A stretch of 64,000 bases of DNA from Eledone cirrhosa (GCA_964016885.1 OZ024740.1:231942001-232006000); one strand, 5' to 3'. Counted from the stretch's first letter, positions 15,127 through 26,681 are shown. Numbers and translations: made by a program. Notes: generated by a model from the sequence alone, not told the origin.

Positions 15127-15204
<78 letters not shown>

Positions 15205-15763
15205 CAGGGTTGGACAAAATAATGGAAACATCATAGTATCATAATTTTGAAATATCTATAAAACCATCAAAAGTTTTTTTATTTTTATGTTTCTTGATTT
15301 ATTATTAGTGTTGCTTAATATGTTTTGTTAAAATTGCTGTTTCTTTTCAGATATCACCAGAAATAGGTATTTAAAATTCATTAAAATGACAGATCTATCG
15401 GACTTTCAAAGAGGTCAAATTGTTGGTGCTCGTATGGCAGGCGCTAGCGTAACGAAAACAGCCGAAATGTTTGGTGTATCAAGAAGTACTGTCTCGAAAG
15501 TAATGACAGCCTTTGAGAAAGAGGGAAAAACCTCCTTGTCGAAACAAAATTCCGGAAGAAAACCAAAACTTTCAAATAGGGACCGTTGAACTCTTACGCA
15601 AATTGTTAGAAAAGATCACAAAAGTACAGCTCCCAAAATTACTGCAGAGCTTAATGACCACCCCGAGACCAATACAAATAAAGAAGCTTTTGACTGTTCT
15701 ATAGATATTTCAAAATTATGATGCTATGATGCTAGGTGTTTCCATTATTTTGTCCAACCCCTG
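15205..15763 (+). mobile_element. Internally deleted Tc1-family DNA transposon
   Basis: TIRs CAGGGTTGGACAAAATAATGGAAACA.. and ..TGTTTCCATTATTTTGTCCAACCCCTG, flanked by TA. ORF 15386-15589 MTDLSDFQRGQIVGARMAGASVTKTAEMFGVSRSTVSKV is a Tc1 paired-like HTH; the catalytic domain is absent. Confidence 0.9.
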
Positions 15764-15806
15764 TATATATATATATATACGCACACACACACATACACAC
15801 ACACAC

Positions 15807-15937
15807 AGAGGATAAACGTAGTGTTTCAAATGATATCTTTATGCAGAACTGCAAATTATATTTTCCCCAAAATGGTCTACCAACTGAGTGATTTGATTCC
15901 CGAGAAACGATGGTTTATGTTTCTATTTGTATTACAC

Positions 15938-15989
<52 letters not shown>

Positions 15990-16162
15990 CATGTATGTGT
16001 GTGTTTGTGTGTGTATGTATGTGTGTGTGTGGTGTAATACAAGTAGAAGCATAAGCCATCGTTTCTCGGGAATCAAATCACTCAGTTGGTAGACCATTTT
16101 GGGGAAAATATAATTTGCAGTTCTGCATAAAGATATCATTTGAAACACTACGTTTATCCTCT
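15807..16162. repeat. Inverted repeat (about 130-bp arms) around a (CA)n(TA)n(TG)n core
   Basis: 15807-15938 is the reverse complement of 16030-16162, with 3 substitutions seen. Confidence 0.9.
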
Positions 16163-16209
16163 GTGTGTGTGTGTGCGTGTGTATGCGTATGTTTCAGAGA
16201 ATGTATGTA

Positions 16210-16240
<31 letters not shown>

Positions 16241-16545
16241 GTGTGTGTGTGTGTGTGCATGCGTGTGTATGCGTATGTTTCAGAGAATGTGTGTGTGCGT
16301 GTATGTGCGTGCGTGAGTGTGCGTACGTGTGTGTTTGTATGTGAACGTGCGAGCAAGAATGTTTGATATTACGTGTATACCCACTCGGCATAAACAGACA
16401 TATTTACATACATACGGACATATACATATACATATCTAACGAAATAAGTTTTGATGTGAAACAAATTTATGTCATGGTCACAAAGTTGTTGGTTCGATAT
16501 TTGGATCAGGCGGAGCGATGTGTGCCTGAGCAAAATACATTATTA

Positions 16546-16915
16546 CATGGATTGGCGGTGTATTGGCAGTATCGGTAGAGGGTTGGACGCCATGCTTTCT
16601 AGCATAGTTACGCCCCTTTACGGTCTGAGTTCAAATCCCGTCGAGGTTAACTTTGCCTTTCATCCTTACGGGGTCGATAAAATAAAGTACCAGTAATGTA
16701 TTGGGTAATTGCTGGCCTTGTGCCAAAACAAGAAACAATTATTACATGGATTGGCAGTACCAGTAGAGGGTCGGACGCCATGCTTTGTAGCATAGAGTTA
16801 CGCCCCTTTAAGGTCTGAGTTCAAATTCCGCCGAGGTTAACTTTGCCTTTCATTCTTACGGGTGTCGATAAAATAAAGTACCAGTAATACATTGAGATAA
16901 TTGCTGGCTTTGTTG
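16546..16915 (+). mobile_element. Two tandem SINEs (family A)
   Basis: ttggcagta.c.gtagaggg..gagttcaaat.ccg.cgaggttaactttgcctttcat.. occurs twice. Confidence 0.85.
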
Positions 16916-17194
16916 TAACTCCTTATGTCAGAATTCGCGACCTGCGTATCATCACCGGAAAGAGCAAATGAAAACATTGTTTCCTAGGTCTAATCTGTTG
17001 GAAATCTCTATATAATCTATATATAATATTAATATATACCTCTGATATATTCGGCTCCGTTAATTTGGTGAGTTCATTTAAATGTCGAGTAAACTTGACT
17101 GCTATTTTTAGTGGTGTGAGTTTGTGAGACACGCTAAGTTCAGATACCATGTGCGTTATTATATATACGCACACTATTCAGTTTTCTGATATAC

Positions 17195-17273
17195 TCATCC
17201 ACTGATGAGCAAGAATTGGTAATCCTCTTCACAATTAATTTGCGAAACAGCATAGCCAAACGCTGTATGGGTG
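17195..17273 (+). ncRNA. Type I hammerhead ribozyme
   Basis: tcatcca-CTGATGA-GCAA..TTGC-GAAA-CAGC(loop)GCTG-TA-tgggtga. All three stems pair and the cleavage triplet is GUA. Confidence 0.85.
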
Positions 17274-17449
17274 ATTGGTAGTTACCACAATTCCGATTTG
17301 TATTTATTTTCTTGATTTATTCTTAAATTGAGTCTGGCAAACCCTATTGTCCATAGTTAGTATTTTTTTCACCTTAGCGAATCTGGTCCCTTATGACTTA
17401 ACACATATATGTATATATCTGTGTTTATCTTTCTTTTCTATTCAATTGT

Positions 17450-17546
17450 AATATATAATATAAAAGAAAGATAATTTATTGGCTGGTTGGTTGAATCACA
17501 CGAAAACTACACACACACACCCACGCACACACATATACACACACAT

Positions 17547-17595
<49 letters not shown>

Positions 17596-17667
17596 GAGAG
17601 GGGGAGAGACAGAAAGAGAGAGGTGGGCCGTTATACAGATAGAGATATAATTAAAGTGTTAGATATT

Positions 17668-17744
<77 letters not shown>

Positions 17745-18224
17745 GTCCCACAAAAGTATCAGTTGAACGTTTAACAGTATTGCGTTAGCTTTTATAAAGT
17801 CGTTTTACAGTCTTTGATTTTACAGAACAAAGAAAAATTGATACTATTTGAAATGAATCTACCCTCCAGTTTTTATCCATATACTACTTACAGTCGATAC
17901 TAACGAAGCAACACTTCAGAAGCAATGTTATGCGGTATATTGCTGTGTTTCAGATGACGTCCTTTGGAGCTGACAAAGATCATACTGACTTTGGTTATTT
18001 CACAACATTTAAAATCCAAGGCCAATGCTACCATTTAATCGGCAGTTTACTCTCCCAGCCTAATAAGGAAATTTTATGATTGTTTTTTTCACACACATGA
18101 TGTCTTTCTCACACACACATTACATTCTCACCTCATACCACACAACACATCCAATACAGTCGTTTTCTCTTTTACCCGTCTTCTCTTAACTGTTCTTCCG
18201 GGCGAAGCCAGGTACCTCAGCTAG
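17450..18224 (+). mobile_element. Internally deleted (non-autonomous) Helitron
   Basis: About 17925-18065 translates to FQMTSFGADKD..FKIQGQCYHLIGSLL, matching the RepHel N-terminal region. The 3' end has the hairpin CCGGGCGAAGCCAGG then CTAG|T at 18221-18225. The 5' boundary is approximate. Confidence 0.75.
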
Positions 18225-18732
18225 TATTATATATACACAATTTATCTTCATCAGCAGTTGCTAGAATGAACTGTTTGAAAGTGTTGCTAGTTTTTTTGTT
18301 TTTTTTTACGACAGTGTTGGCACTATCTATAAAACCAATGAATTCTACCGAGACTCGCCGAAAATTCCAAAAATTCAAATACACTTTCTTTTTGTATCAA
18401 ATGTGTTGAATGTACGCTGAATTAATTATTATATTCTGAAGTGACTTTAATAGTAATTAGTGATAGTAATAGTTATTTTTTTTATATAACGAGCATCATT
18501 ATAAGTGTTTAGCAAAGTAAATTCATATAATGGTCAATGTTTTCCCTTACGTTGTTTGTTCTATCATCATATTCCATTCTTTTTCGTTTACTCTGTTCTT
18601 GTTACATGTTTACTTTTCTCTTTAGCTCAATATGACTTCTTGTTTCCTCACTCTAATTATTATCCTCATTCTTTGTCTTATAATATCTTTCTAGATATCG
18701 CTTTATCCCTTTCCTTCTCCTCTTCTATCCAA

Positions 18733-18833
<101 letters not shown>

Positions 18834-19419
18834 CATATATGTATGTATGTATGTATATATATATATATATATATGTATTTCTGTTAATCTGTTGATGTTA
18901 ATCTCTCATCTCTCTACCTCCCTAGATATATCAAATTTATCTCTTGCACCTACAGTGCTTTCTGTCTGTCTGTCTCTCTTTATTAGTCTTCATCTCTATC
19001 TATACATCATCTCTCACATCTTTATTTACGCCACCTTCTCTCTCTTGTCCAACCTCTTATACGTTATCCCTCAATAACCAGTCTGAAATATGAAACGATT
19101 GCAACAGGTAAGTCCAAACAAGTGCCACATCTATTATTAAACAAAATAAACTTTTTCTAACTTGAGTACTAACATAATTATATATTGTCAGTAATAGCAT
19201 TGTTGATGGAACAACACTAAAATCCTTTGTTTTTTTCCTAATGTCTTGAAATCCTGGGAATTTTATTTATTTTTCAGAATCAATTTTAGTTATATTTCTC
19301 ACAGAAACAATAAAATGAAGACAAATATTTTTTCTATATTTCTATACTAAATTCACTTTTATAACTTTTATAACTTTTTAAACTCATTTTGATTTTATTT
19401 ACATTCACAGATTGATGCA

Positions 19420-22400
19420 ATGGAATTACCTTGCTTCCATCTCATGCCATTTGTAATGGTTTTATGGTATCATACGCTACTAATTTTGACAGTCGAAGTA
19501 CCAACTCTAATTTCATACAGAACTACCTGCCCAATGCCCCTCTGCCAATGTGTACTCACGATTGGTGAAGAAACTATTAACTGCCGTCAACAACATTTGT
19601 CTTCGTTACCTTCTATAAAACCAACTCAAAGACGATTCAGAGAAATTTCGCTCCGACAAAACAACATCAGACATCTTCCTAAAGATGGTTTTAAAGGGAT
19701 TCAGACCAAGATACTTGATATGTCTTCTAATGCTATTTCATATATTCACCCAAATGCATTCGAAGGTTTGCAAAATAATCTTGAAGTACTACGTCTCGGT
19801 CTTTATTCTATGGAAGATTTCCCAGCCATACAGCTGCGTCCACTACATCTTTTGAAACAACTTCATGTCACAGGCTGCTATTTGTCGTCTATTTCAAAGT
19901 CTTTATTTTCTTCTTTCACACAATTGAATGAGTTGCATTTATCATCTTGTAGAATCTCGCAAGTTGGGGAAGAGGCTTTTTGGGGAATCAAAGAGTCTTT
20001 AGTTGTACTTAACTTAATGGCCAACGAATTAACGGACATACCAAGCAAAGCTCTTACAGGATTTAAGAAGCTTAAAAAGTTGATTCTTTCACATAACAGG
20101 ATCATATCGCTTCCGGCTGTAATATTCCCACCACTTAGTCACGTGTATCACCTTGACCTTTCAAATAATAACATTTACGATGTAAACAAAGATGCTTTTG
20201 TAAACATCCGTTTGACATTGAACTTCCTTGGCTTACAGAAGAATCAACTAAACGGAAGTGTGTTTGATTCTCTAAGAAATCTTGCCAACTTAACTCGGTT
20301 AGAAATTGGAAATAATGTTATCAGTAATATTAACGCTGGCTCTGTCAAACATCTCAATAAACTTGCATTCATTGGTTTACAGTCTAATAATATAAGTGAA
20401 ATGAATACAATGGATTTTAAAGGTGTCGAAAAATCGCTAAAAATTCTAATATTTAGTGGAAACCCCTTAAAGGTTATCCCACTCGGTCTTTTTTCTGGAC
20501 TTCGCCGTTTAACACATCTTTATCTAGATAATACACTGGTAGGGAAAACTCTAAAATCAAACACCTTTCAATATCTAGAGAAAACGTTAGAAACTCTAAG
20601 TATGAAACATGTTGGAATGGAATTTACTAATTTGAAATGTCTTCGCAATCTCACCAGGCTAAAAGAAGCTAAATTAAGTTACAATTCTATTCAATTCATT
20701 CCAGATTTCTCATTTGCTGGACTAAAGAATCTCCGTCGTTTAGATCTCACTGGAAATAACTTAACTTATCTAAGTGATAATTCGCTGAAAGGTCTGGAAA
20801 AATCACTCCGTCAACTTATTCTTAAAAAGAATAATATAAATATTCTATCAGAATGTACTTTCTTCGGTTTTAGGGTTCTAAGAGATATTGAATTGGGTTC
20901 AAACCCTCTTCATTGTGATTGTAATCTAGCTTGGCTAATGGACTGGGCCAATAGCCATTATGGTAGATATCGTAAGGGAGCTCTTGATTGGCAATGTCAA
21001 AACCCTCCACATTTGCAAATGAAGTTTTTTCGCTCTTTGGAAACAAAGGACTTTAAGTGCAAAACTAATCAAAGATCTTCAAATATCTGCAGTAGGTTAT
21101 CGTTAAGGAATATTACATCAACTGCTGAAGGTCATATTCCTTTAAGCCATCGTCGCCACCACGTTTCCCCAGATAGTTTCTCTCCCGTTCATTTTAGTTT
21201 TATGCAGCCAAATAAAACAAAGAATTTTCCATATATGCCTAGACTCTCGGTGAAAATCCCAGTGATAACCACAAAGAGTCCTGTTAATAATTCACAGAAT
21301 AGCAAAACTGTTTTTGAAATGAAGAATAAAACCTCAAATACTGGGCATGGGACTAGCTTCAATAAAGTGAATTCTTTTGATATTAAAAGACCCTTATTTC
21401 AGGCTGACGATAGTAGCATCGTTGTTGCATCGGTCAAGTCAGGCAGTTCTAAAGATGCGAAACATGAAAACAAATTGAAGAAATCATTTAACTTTGTAAG
21501 AAATCCTAATGAAACTAAAACATCGAAGGTTTATGATAAAACCATTAATAAACTAAACACAATATTTAAAACAAAAAATAATGAAGTTCCAATTATGGAA
21601 AATAATAAAGAAAGCAATGATGAACCCATAGAGCACAACGCTCTGAAACCCATTATATTCTCCGCTTCAGCGTCTCCGAGCAAGATGGTTATGAATTTAC
21701 GATTGGATAATATAAACTTGATAAAAAAAAACCGTGGCTTAATTAAATCGATTATCTCGACTAAATCTACCGCTGTAAATACGTATGCAACGGAGGCTAC
21801 GATTGTTAGAACTAATATAATGGTAGCTATGCCTGCTATGGAACATTTTCAACCTCCATCTACTTTTAACGATATTAAATTATTCAGCAAAAATAAAACT
21901 GTCACCGGAAATGTCACAGCTGGAATATCGGTAGTTAACACAACAGGAGGTTTCAGGGATGACAATGATAGTAATGATGATGTAACTACTGCTGATAATA
22001 AAGACGGAAATGGTGACTCTGCTGGTGTAAGTACTAAACATAACATAAATTACATTAGTGATCACAGTAACAATGTTGGTGGTGCAAGCAATAACAATGC
22101 TTCAGACCTTACTGGTCGTGACTCTCTTACCGGTAATGGTGTCAGTAATAGTAGTAGTAGTGGTGTTGGTGGTGGTGGTGGTGGTGATAGAAGCAGCAGC
22201 GGCAATAAAAATATAAAAAGCTATAGCAACAGAAATAACCTCGACAAATTTACATATACTAGATCAAGTGGTGGAGAGAAAAAACAAGCACCGTCAACAA
22301 ACACTTTTCTTCTTTATACTCCTAATTCTCTCATGCATTCTGCACTTCCTCTTATCTCAACGTCTCTTCCTTCTCTCTTTCAAATCAAGATGATGTCAGT

Positions 22401-25400
22401 TAAAACTGAAATGCCACATAATACCAGAAGACGTGGAAATGACTTCTTACTGAGTAATGGAAGAATAAATTTCTTTTCGCCTAAAGAATTTGTCAAAGTG
22501 AACAATAAAAAAACCACTGACTCATTATTTACATCGTCGTCAGCCATTAAAAACGGTTTGCAAAACACTGATGCAAAGATTTACAGTTCTTCGACTGTAA
22601 ATAATATTACCTTTGGAATAAAATTTCATTACACAAGTCAGGCTCCGCTACGGAAGGATGCAGGTGACAAGAAACATTCTTTGCTTACTTCTGAGCCACC
22701 AGTTTCGAATCAAAGTGTTAATCAAACATACCAGCTTTTTGCTACAAATTTAACCAGTAATAAATTTATACCTTCATCCCTTGTACCCCACTTAAGCAAG
22801 GCAATACATAGGTCGTCAAATGCATCCCCTCGATGGAATCAATCTTTCTTTTTATCCACTTCCAGTAAATCATTTTTATCTCCGTCTACAAACGCAGTAT
22901 GGAAATCGGCGATAAATACTTCTTCCCTTATGCTGAAATCATCAAACCATTTGGGAAGGCAATCTTCATTTTTAAATGAATCGAAACAGATCCTTGAAGG
23001 CATAGAAGAACAACAAATGAAGCATCGGGCTCGAATGAGTAGTAAAAGACCTCAGCATAAATTACAAGATTATACAACCTCATTAATGTTGTCTAAGATA
23101 AAATTTCAGAGAAGACAGTCTCTGTCAATATCAGCCCCCTATTCTAGAAGAGATGGTATCCCAGGAGACAGAAAAAATGTAGCTATTAATTCAAATAGCA
23201 AAGTCACACATATCCCATTGCAATCAAGTACAGGGATGCAGACGATCAAATGGCGAATCAAAAACAAATCTGCTCATTTCTACAATGAAGACAATGATGT
23301 AAAAAGTAAAAAATTGTCAACAAACTCAATTTCGCTTGCGAATAAAACTACTAGTCGCAGAAGCAAATCTACACCTAGTATATTGCTCTCTCAAACATCT
23401 CGCAAAATTAAATCATCGTTAGCTCAACATGTTTCGTTTTTGTCGTCTTCACATAATAAATCTACAAAGGACCATGTTTACAAAAGTTCCTCGTTGGGAA
23501 TTTGGGTACGTAATAACTCAACATTTCCTCTGCCTTCAACAAATAAGATAATACAGATGGCGCAAAAGAAGCAAGTATTAAGATCTCTATTTACTAATAC
23601 CTCTCCTTTCATAAGCACCCATTCAGTGAAAAAACTGATGAGCGTTAGACATCGTAAAGTATCATCCGTCAGTGAAGCAGACGTTAAAACTTATACGACG
23701 CCATTTTTATCTCCAACTCAAACATCTAAAGCAAATATAGACAAAAGTTATTTCTCTCCCACAATAAAGATGCAATTTAAAGTAAGTAATGGAGGTAAAG
23801 AGAAAGATGCTAGAAATATTCAAAATCATACATCAAGAGGATTTCAAATTGATAACTTAAAGGCAGAACAATTTAAGGATTCATTAACGATGGGGAATCT
23901 ACAAAGCCGTAACCATACCAAATACATTTCGTTATCTCCTAAAAGAAATAATCATTTTGTTGCAGCTCTTTTGAAAGAAAGACGCCAATTCAATAAATCA
24001 GTTGCAGATAATACGATTATTGACGATAGGCGAATTGATTTTGAACAGAAAAACAAAACATTTGATAATACAAACAATAACCACAATGTTAACGATAGTA
24101 TAACATCTAACCAGATAATAAGGAAGGCATATTTTGCAATTGAAAGAGAGTCCTCGAATGAAAGTGTAATACGAATTGAACAGAAATTCAAAAGAATATC
24201 TATATCCAACAGAACAAATGATAAATTGAATACAAATCCCACAAATGATTCTAAACAGAGAATTGATAGAAACATAGGAAATATGACACGATCGTCACTA
24301 TTTCAAAAGAAAAAAATCAGAGCGGATAATGTGCGGAATAGCACGTCAAATGTCGGTTTATTGCTTGGGCGATTGTATAAATCCAGCATAAAGTCTATCA
24401 AAAACAAACATACTCTGCTAAGAAATGAATCGACAAATACATTTGAGTCATTTGAAGAGTCTGGAAAATCCGTGAAGCAGAAAATGAGAATAGAAGTAGG
24501 AGGAAATATGAGTGGTATACTTCAGTTGGCTACGAAGAGCAGTAAACCGATAAATATAAGCAGACATGAAGATAGAATTATAAATCTTGTTTTAGATAAA
24601 ATCGAGAGAAATGCTTCATTCATCGTTTCACTTGATGTCAGTTGGAATGTATCATTATACCAATTATCCCAAATCACAGGTTTTCGCATCGTGAGTAAAA
24701 CAATAAATGGTTCGTTCGAAGCCGTCACTGACACATTACCTGCCTACAGTACAATCTATCATTTAACCGGACTAAAAACAAATAACTCTTATTTGATTTG
24801 TGTCATAAGTCTTCTTTCAAATGAAACAATATTCGCTAAAAACTGTTGCAAAATTCATATTAAGCACTCAAATCCCACATTGTCATCATCAACAATTATG
24901 CCGTGGTTCATTCACAAGGTGAAAAACGCAATATACAATGAATGGTCATTGGCTTTTATAATAATATCCGTAGTTGGTAGCTTTCTAGTGTTGCTTTTTA
25001 GCATATTTGCAATTCTCGTATCAGCTCGCATATGCAAAAAGCGTAGAAGCAAAACAAATAAAACTAAAGATGACAAATCCTTTAAAATGTCGAACAATTC
25101 CTTTATAACAGACGAATCATACGGTTCATGGTCAGACATTTTTTATTGTTCTCCATTTAATGATACTTTCCCTGGATATCCCATGTACCACAATACCACA
25201 CTTTCCACACTATTTTACAGCAGTTCCGAGGAGGTGGATACACCCGAAGATACTGTGAGCAATGTCAGCAGTGAGAAGGGTGAGGGTATCAATGAAATAT
25301 CGGGTACATATGACGACGACGACGATAGTGTGAATGAATGGGTGATTGCATTTCAACACGATCCACTTCCGGCTCAAAAGGTCTGGTCTATTTCAAACTG

Positions 25401-25422
25401 GAATTACAGCTTAGATGTATGA
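19420..25422 (+). CDS. LRR-FN3 single-pass membrane protein (LRRNT, roughly 16-18 LRRs, LRRCT, very long low-complexity stalk, FN3-like domain, TM, cytoplasmic tail)
   Basis: Uninterrupted 2000-codon ORF in AT-rich DNA. Hydrophobic N-terminus; CPMPLCQC..INC (LRRNT); repeated LxxLxLxxNxI; NPLHCDCNLAWL..CQNP..C (LRRCT); VSWNVS..GFRI..YHLTGLKTNNSYLICV (FN3-like); TM WSLAFIIISVVGSFLVLLFSIFAILVS then a basic stop-transfer KKRR. A polypyrimidine acceptor (..acattcacag) ends at 19410, just upstream of the ATG. Confidence 0.93.
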   Translation: MELPCFHLMPFVMVLWYHTLLILTVEVPTLISYRTTCPMPLCQCVLTIGEETINCRQQHLSSLPSIKPTQRRFREISLRQNNIRHLPKDGFKGIQTKILDMSSNAISYIHPNAFEGLQNNLEVLRLGLYSMEDFPAIQLRPLHLLKQLHVTGCYLSSISKSLFSSFTQLNELHLSSCRISQVGEEAFWGIKESLVVLNLMANELTDIPSKALTGFKKLKKLILSHNRIISLPAVIFPPLSHVYHLDLSNNNIYDVNKDAFVNIRLTLNFLGLQKNQLNGSVFDSLRNLANLTRLEIGNNVISNINAGSVKHLNKLAFIGLQSNNISEMNTMDFKGVEKSLKILIFSGNPLKVIPLGLFSGLRRLTHLYLDNTLVGKTLKSNTFQYLEKTLETLSMKHVGMEFTNLKCLRNLTRLKEAKLSYNSIQFIPDFSFAGLKNLRRLDLTGNNLTYLSDNSLKGLEKSLRQLILKKNNINILSECTFFGFRVLRDIELGSNPLHCDCNLAWLMDWANSHYGRYRKGALDWQCQNPPHLQMKFFRSLETKDFKCKTNQRSSNICSRLSLRNITSTAEGHIPLSHRRHHVSPDSFSPVHFSFMQPNKTKNFPYMPRLSVKIPVITTKSPVNNSQNSKTVFEMKNKTSNTGHGTSFNKVNSFDIKRPLFQADDSSIVVASVKSGSSKDAKHENKLKKSFNFVRNPNETKTSKVYDKTINKLNTIFKTKNNEVPIMENNKESNDEPIEHNALKPIIFSASASPSKMVMNLRLDNINLIKKNRGLIKSIISTKSTAVNTYATEATIVRTNIMVAMPAMEHFQPPSTFNDIKLFSKNKTVTGNVTAGISVVNTTGGFRDDNDSNDDVTTADNKDGNGDSAGVSTKHNINYISDHSNNVGGASNNNASDLTGRDSLTGNGVSNSSSSGVGGGGGGDRSSSGNKNIKSYSNRNNLDKFTYTRSSGGEKKQAPSTNTFLLYTPNSLMHSALPLISTSLPSLFQIKMMSVKTEMPHNTRRRGNDFLLSNGRINFFSPKEFVKVNNKKTTDSLFTSSSAIKNGLQNTDAKIYSSSTVNNITFGIKFHYTSQAPLRKDAGDKKHSLLTSEPPVSNQSVNQTYQLFATNLTSNKFIPSSLVPHLSKAIHRSSNASPRWNQSFFLSTSSKSFLSPSTNAVWKSAINTSSLMLKSSNHLGRQSSFLNESKQILEGIEEQQMKHRARMSSKRPQHKLQDYTTSLMLSKIKFQRRQSLSISAPYSRRDGIPGDRKNVAINSNSKVTHIPLQSSTGMQTIKWRIKNKSAHFYNEDNDVKSKKLSTNSISLANKTTSRRSKSTPSILLSQTSRKIKSSLAQHVSFLSSSHNKSTKDHVYKSSSLGIWVRNNSTFPLPSTNKIIQMAQKKQVLRSLFTNTSPFISTHSVKKLMSVRHRKVSSVSEADVKTYTTPFLSPTQTSKANIDKSYFSPTIKMQFKVSNGGKEKDARNIQNHTSRGFQIDNLKAEQFKDSLTMGNLQSRNHTKYISLSPKRNNHFVAALLKERRQFNKSVADNTIIDDRRIDFEQKNKTFDNTNNNHNVNDSITSNQIIRKAYFAIERESSNESVIRIEQKFKRISISNRTNDKLNTNPTNDSKQRIDRNIGNMTRSSLFQKKKIRADNVRNSTSNVGLLLGRLYKSSIKSIKNKHTLLRNESTNTFESFEESGKSVKQKMRIEVGGNMSGILQLATKSSKPINISRHEDRIINLVLDKIERNASFIVSLDVSWNVSLYQLSQITGFRIVSKTINGSFEAVTDTLPAYSTIYHLTGLKTNNSYLICVISLLSNETIFAKNCCKIHIKHSNPTLSSSTIMPWFIHKVKNAIYNEWSLAFIIISVVGSFLVLLFSIFAILVSARICKKRRSKTNKTKDDKSFKMSNNSFITDESYGSWSDIFYCSPFNDTFPGYPMYHNTTLSTLFYSSSEEVDTPEDTVSNVSSEKGEGINEISGTYDDDDDSVNEWVIAFQHDPLPAQKVWSISNWNYSLDV

Positions 25423-25827
25423 AAATCTGTGCTGATATTGTGAACTTTAAATATAAGAATCCTGCTTTAAAATGACAGACTAATGTAATTAGTTGTGTTT
25501 AAAACTATGAACAGATGCTCAATAAGTGTTGTACTTGGGAGGTTCTTCAGGTGACAGTTGTTAAAACACTTACAGAGAGAGAGAGGAAGAGAGAAAGAGA
25601 GAGAGGGATAAAGAAAGAGAGAGAGAGATATGAGGAGGAGAAGGTAGAAGAGGACAATAAAACCCTTTGTTTTACTGACATTTTAAAATAACTACTCAGA
25701 AGAATTTGCGAAAGAAAATATATACACGAAGATTCGTAAATGTTCAATAAGTATTTTATAAAACATATATACACATACACCCGAGTTAATATTTGTCCTT
25801 AAAATCGCACACACCCATATTATATTT

Positions 25828-25894
<67 letters not shown>

Positions 25895-25895
25895 C

Positions 25896-26572
25896 ATGTT
25901 GGGTGGGCTAATAAGGATTTACAATATGCTTATAATTGTTTTCCATTTGGCAGGAAAATTACTTGCGAATCCATTAATAGATCTGAGAGTTATTCAGTCG
26001 CCACATTGCAGGCCGAACTTAAAAAGTCAATTAAGTTGTTGTTAATTATTTAAGCACCACGGGATTCGTTTCTCTTCATCAAACGAAAAGCATCGTTCCG
26101 TGATTCGTTGTCTCTGAGCTGAAGGTTTAGCAAAGGCTGAAACCCCTCAAAAATTCTCTTCACAGCTTGGAAACAAAGATTTGCCGCCATGAAATGTCTA
26201 TAAATGAATCAAAAATTCAAAACATGATCGCACAAGTATCATGCAACGATGATCCTGATGTCCGACAAAGACAACATTAAACGAGTCCACGGCGTTGTTT
26301 CGTTGAACACAGGGGTGATTACTGCAAATAGATCAATATTCTGCCTATGAAATAATTTACAACAGAATTGGCTTCGTAAATTTTCTGCAACATGGATCCG
26401 AACCATACGCAAAGATTTGCACAAAGGAAATCGTTTTGAAATCTACCAAGGGTAATTTAATTACTATAGTAACGTAAGAGATGCCCCACTGGAAAATATT
26501 GAAACTGTAAACGATTTTTGTACGTGCTTTGCTCATAATTAATGACTTACCCTCGTTTTTTTACAGCCCTGT
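25896..26572 (+). mobile_element. Degraded mariner-like transposon remnant
   Basis: Fragmented translation of about 26090-26410 resembles a mariner N-terminal HTH and ends in LRKFSATWI (compare the conserved ..KLSARWVP). Ends are approximate. Confidence 0.5.
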
Positions 26573-26650
26573 CCACATCTTTCTAAATGTAAATACAATA
26601 TTATAGTTGTATAATTACCCACAACAAGGTACACATGCACACACGGATTT

Positions 26651-26681
<31 letters not shown>

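Noticed and set aside
15900-16060. All three arm differences are A/G transitions, suggesting ADAR-edited retrocopies
   Set aside because: Only three sites, transitions are the commonest mutation, and the 57.1-kb arms show transversions.
19878-25139. Short minus-strand ORFs within the LRR gene
   Set aside because: Antisense shadows of the long coding exon.
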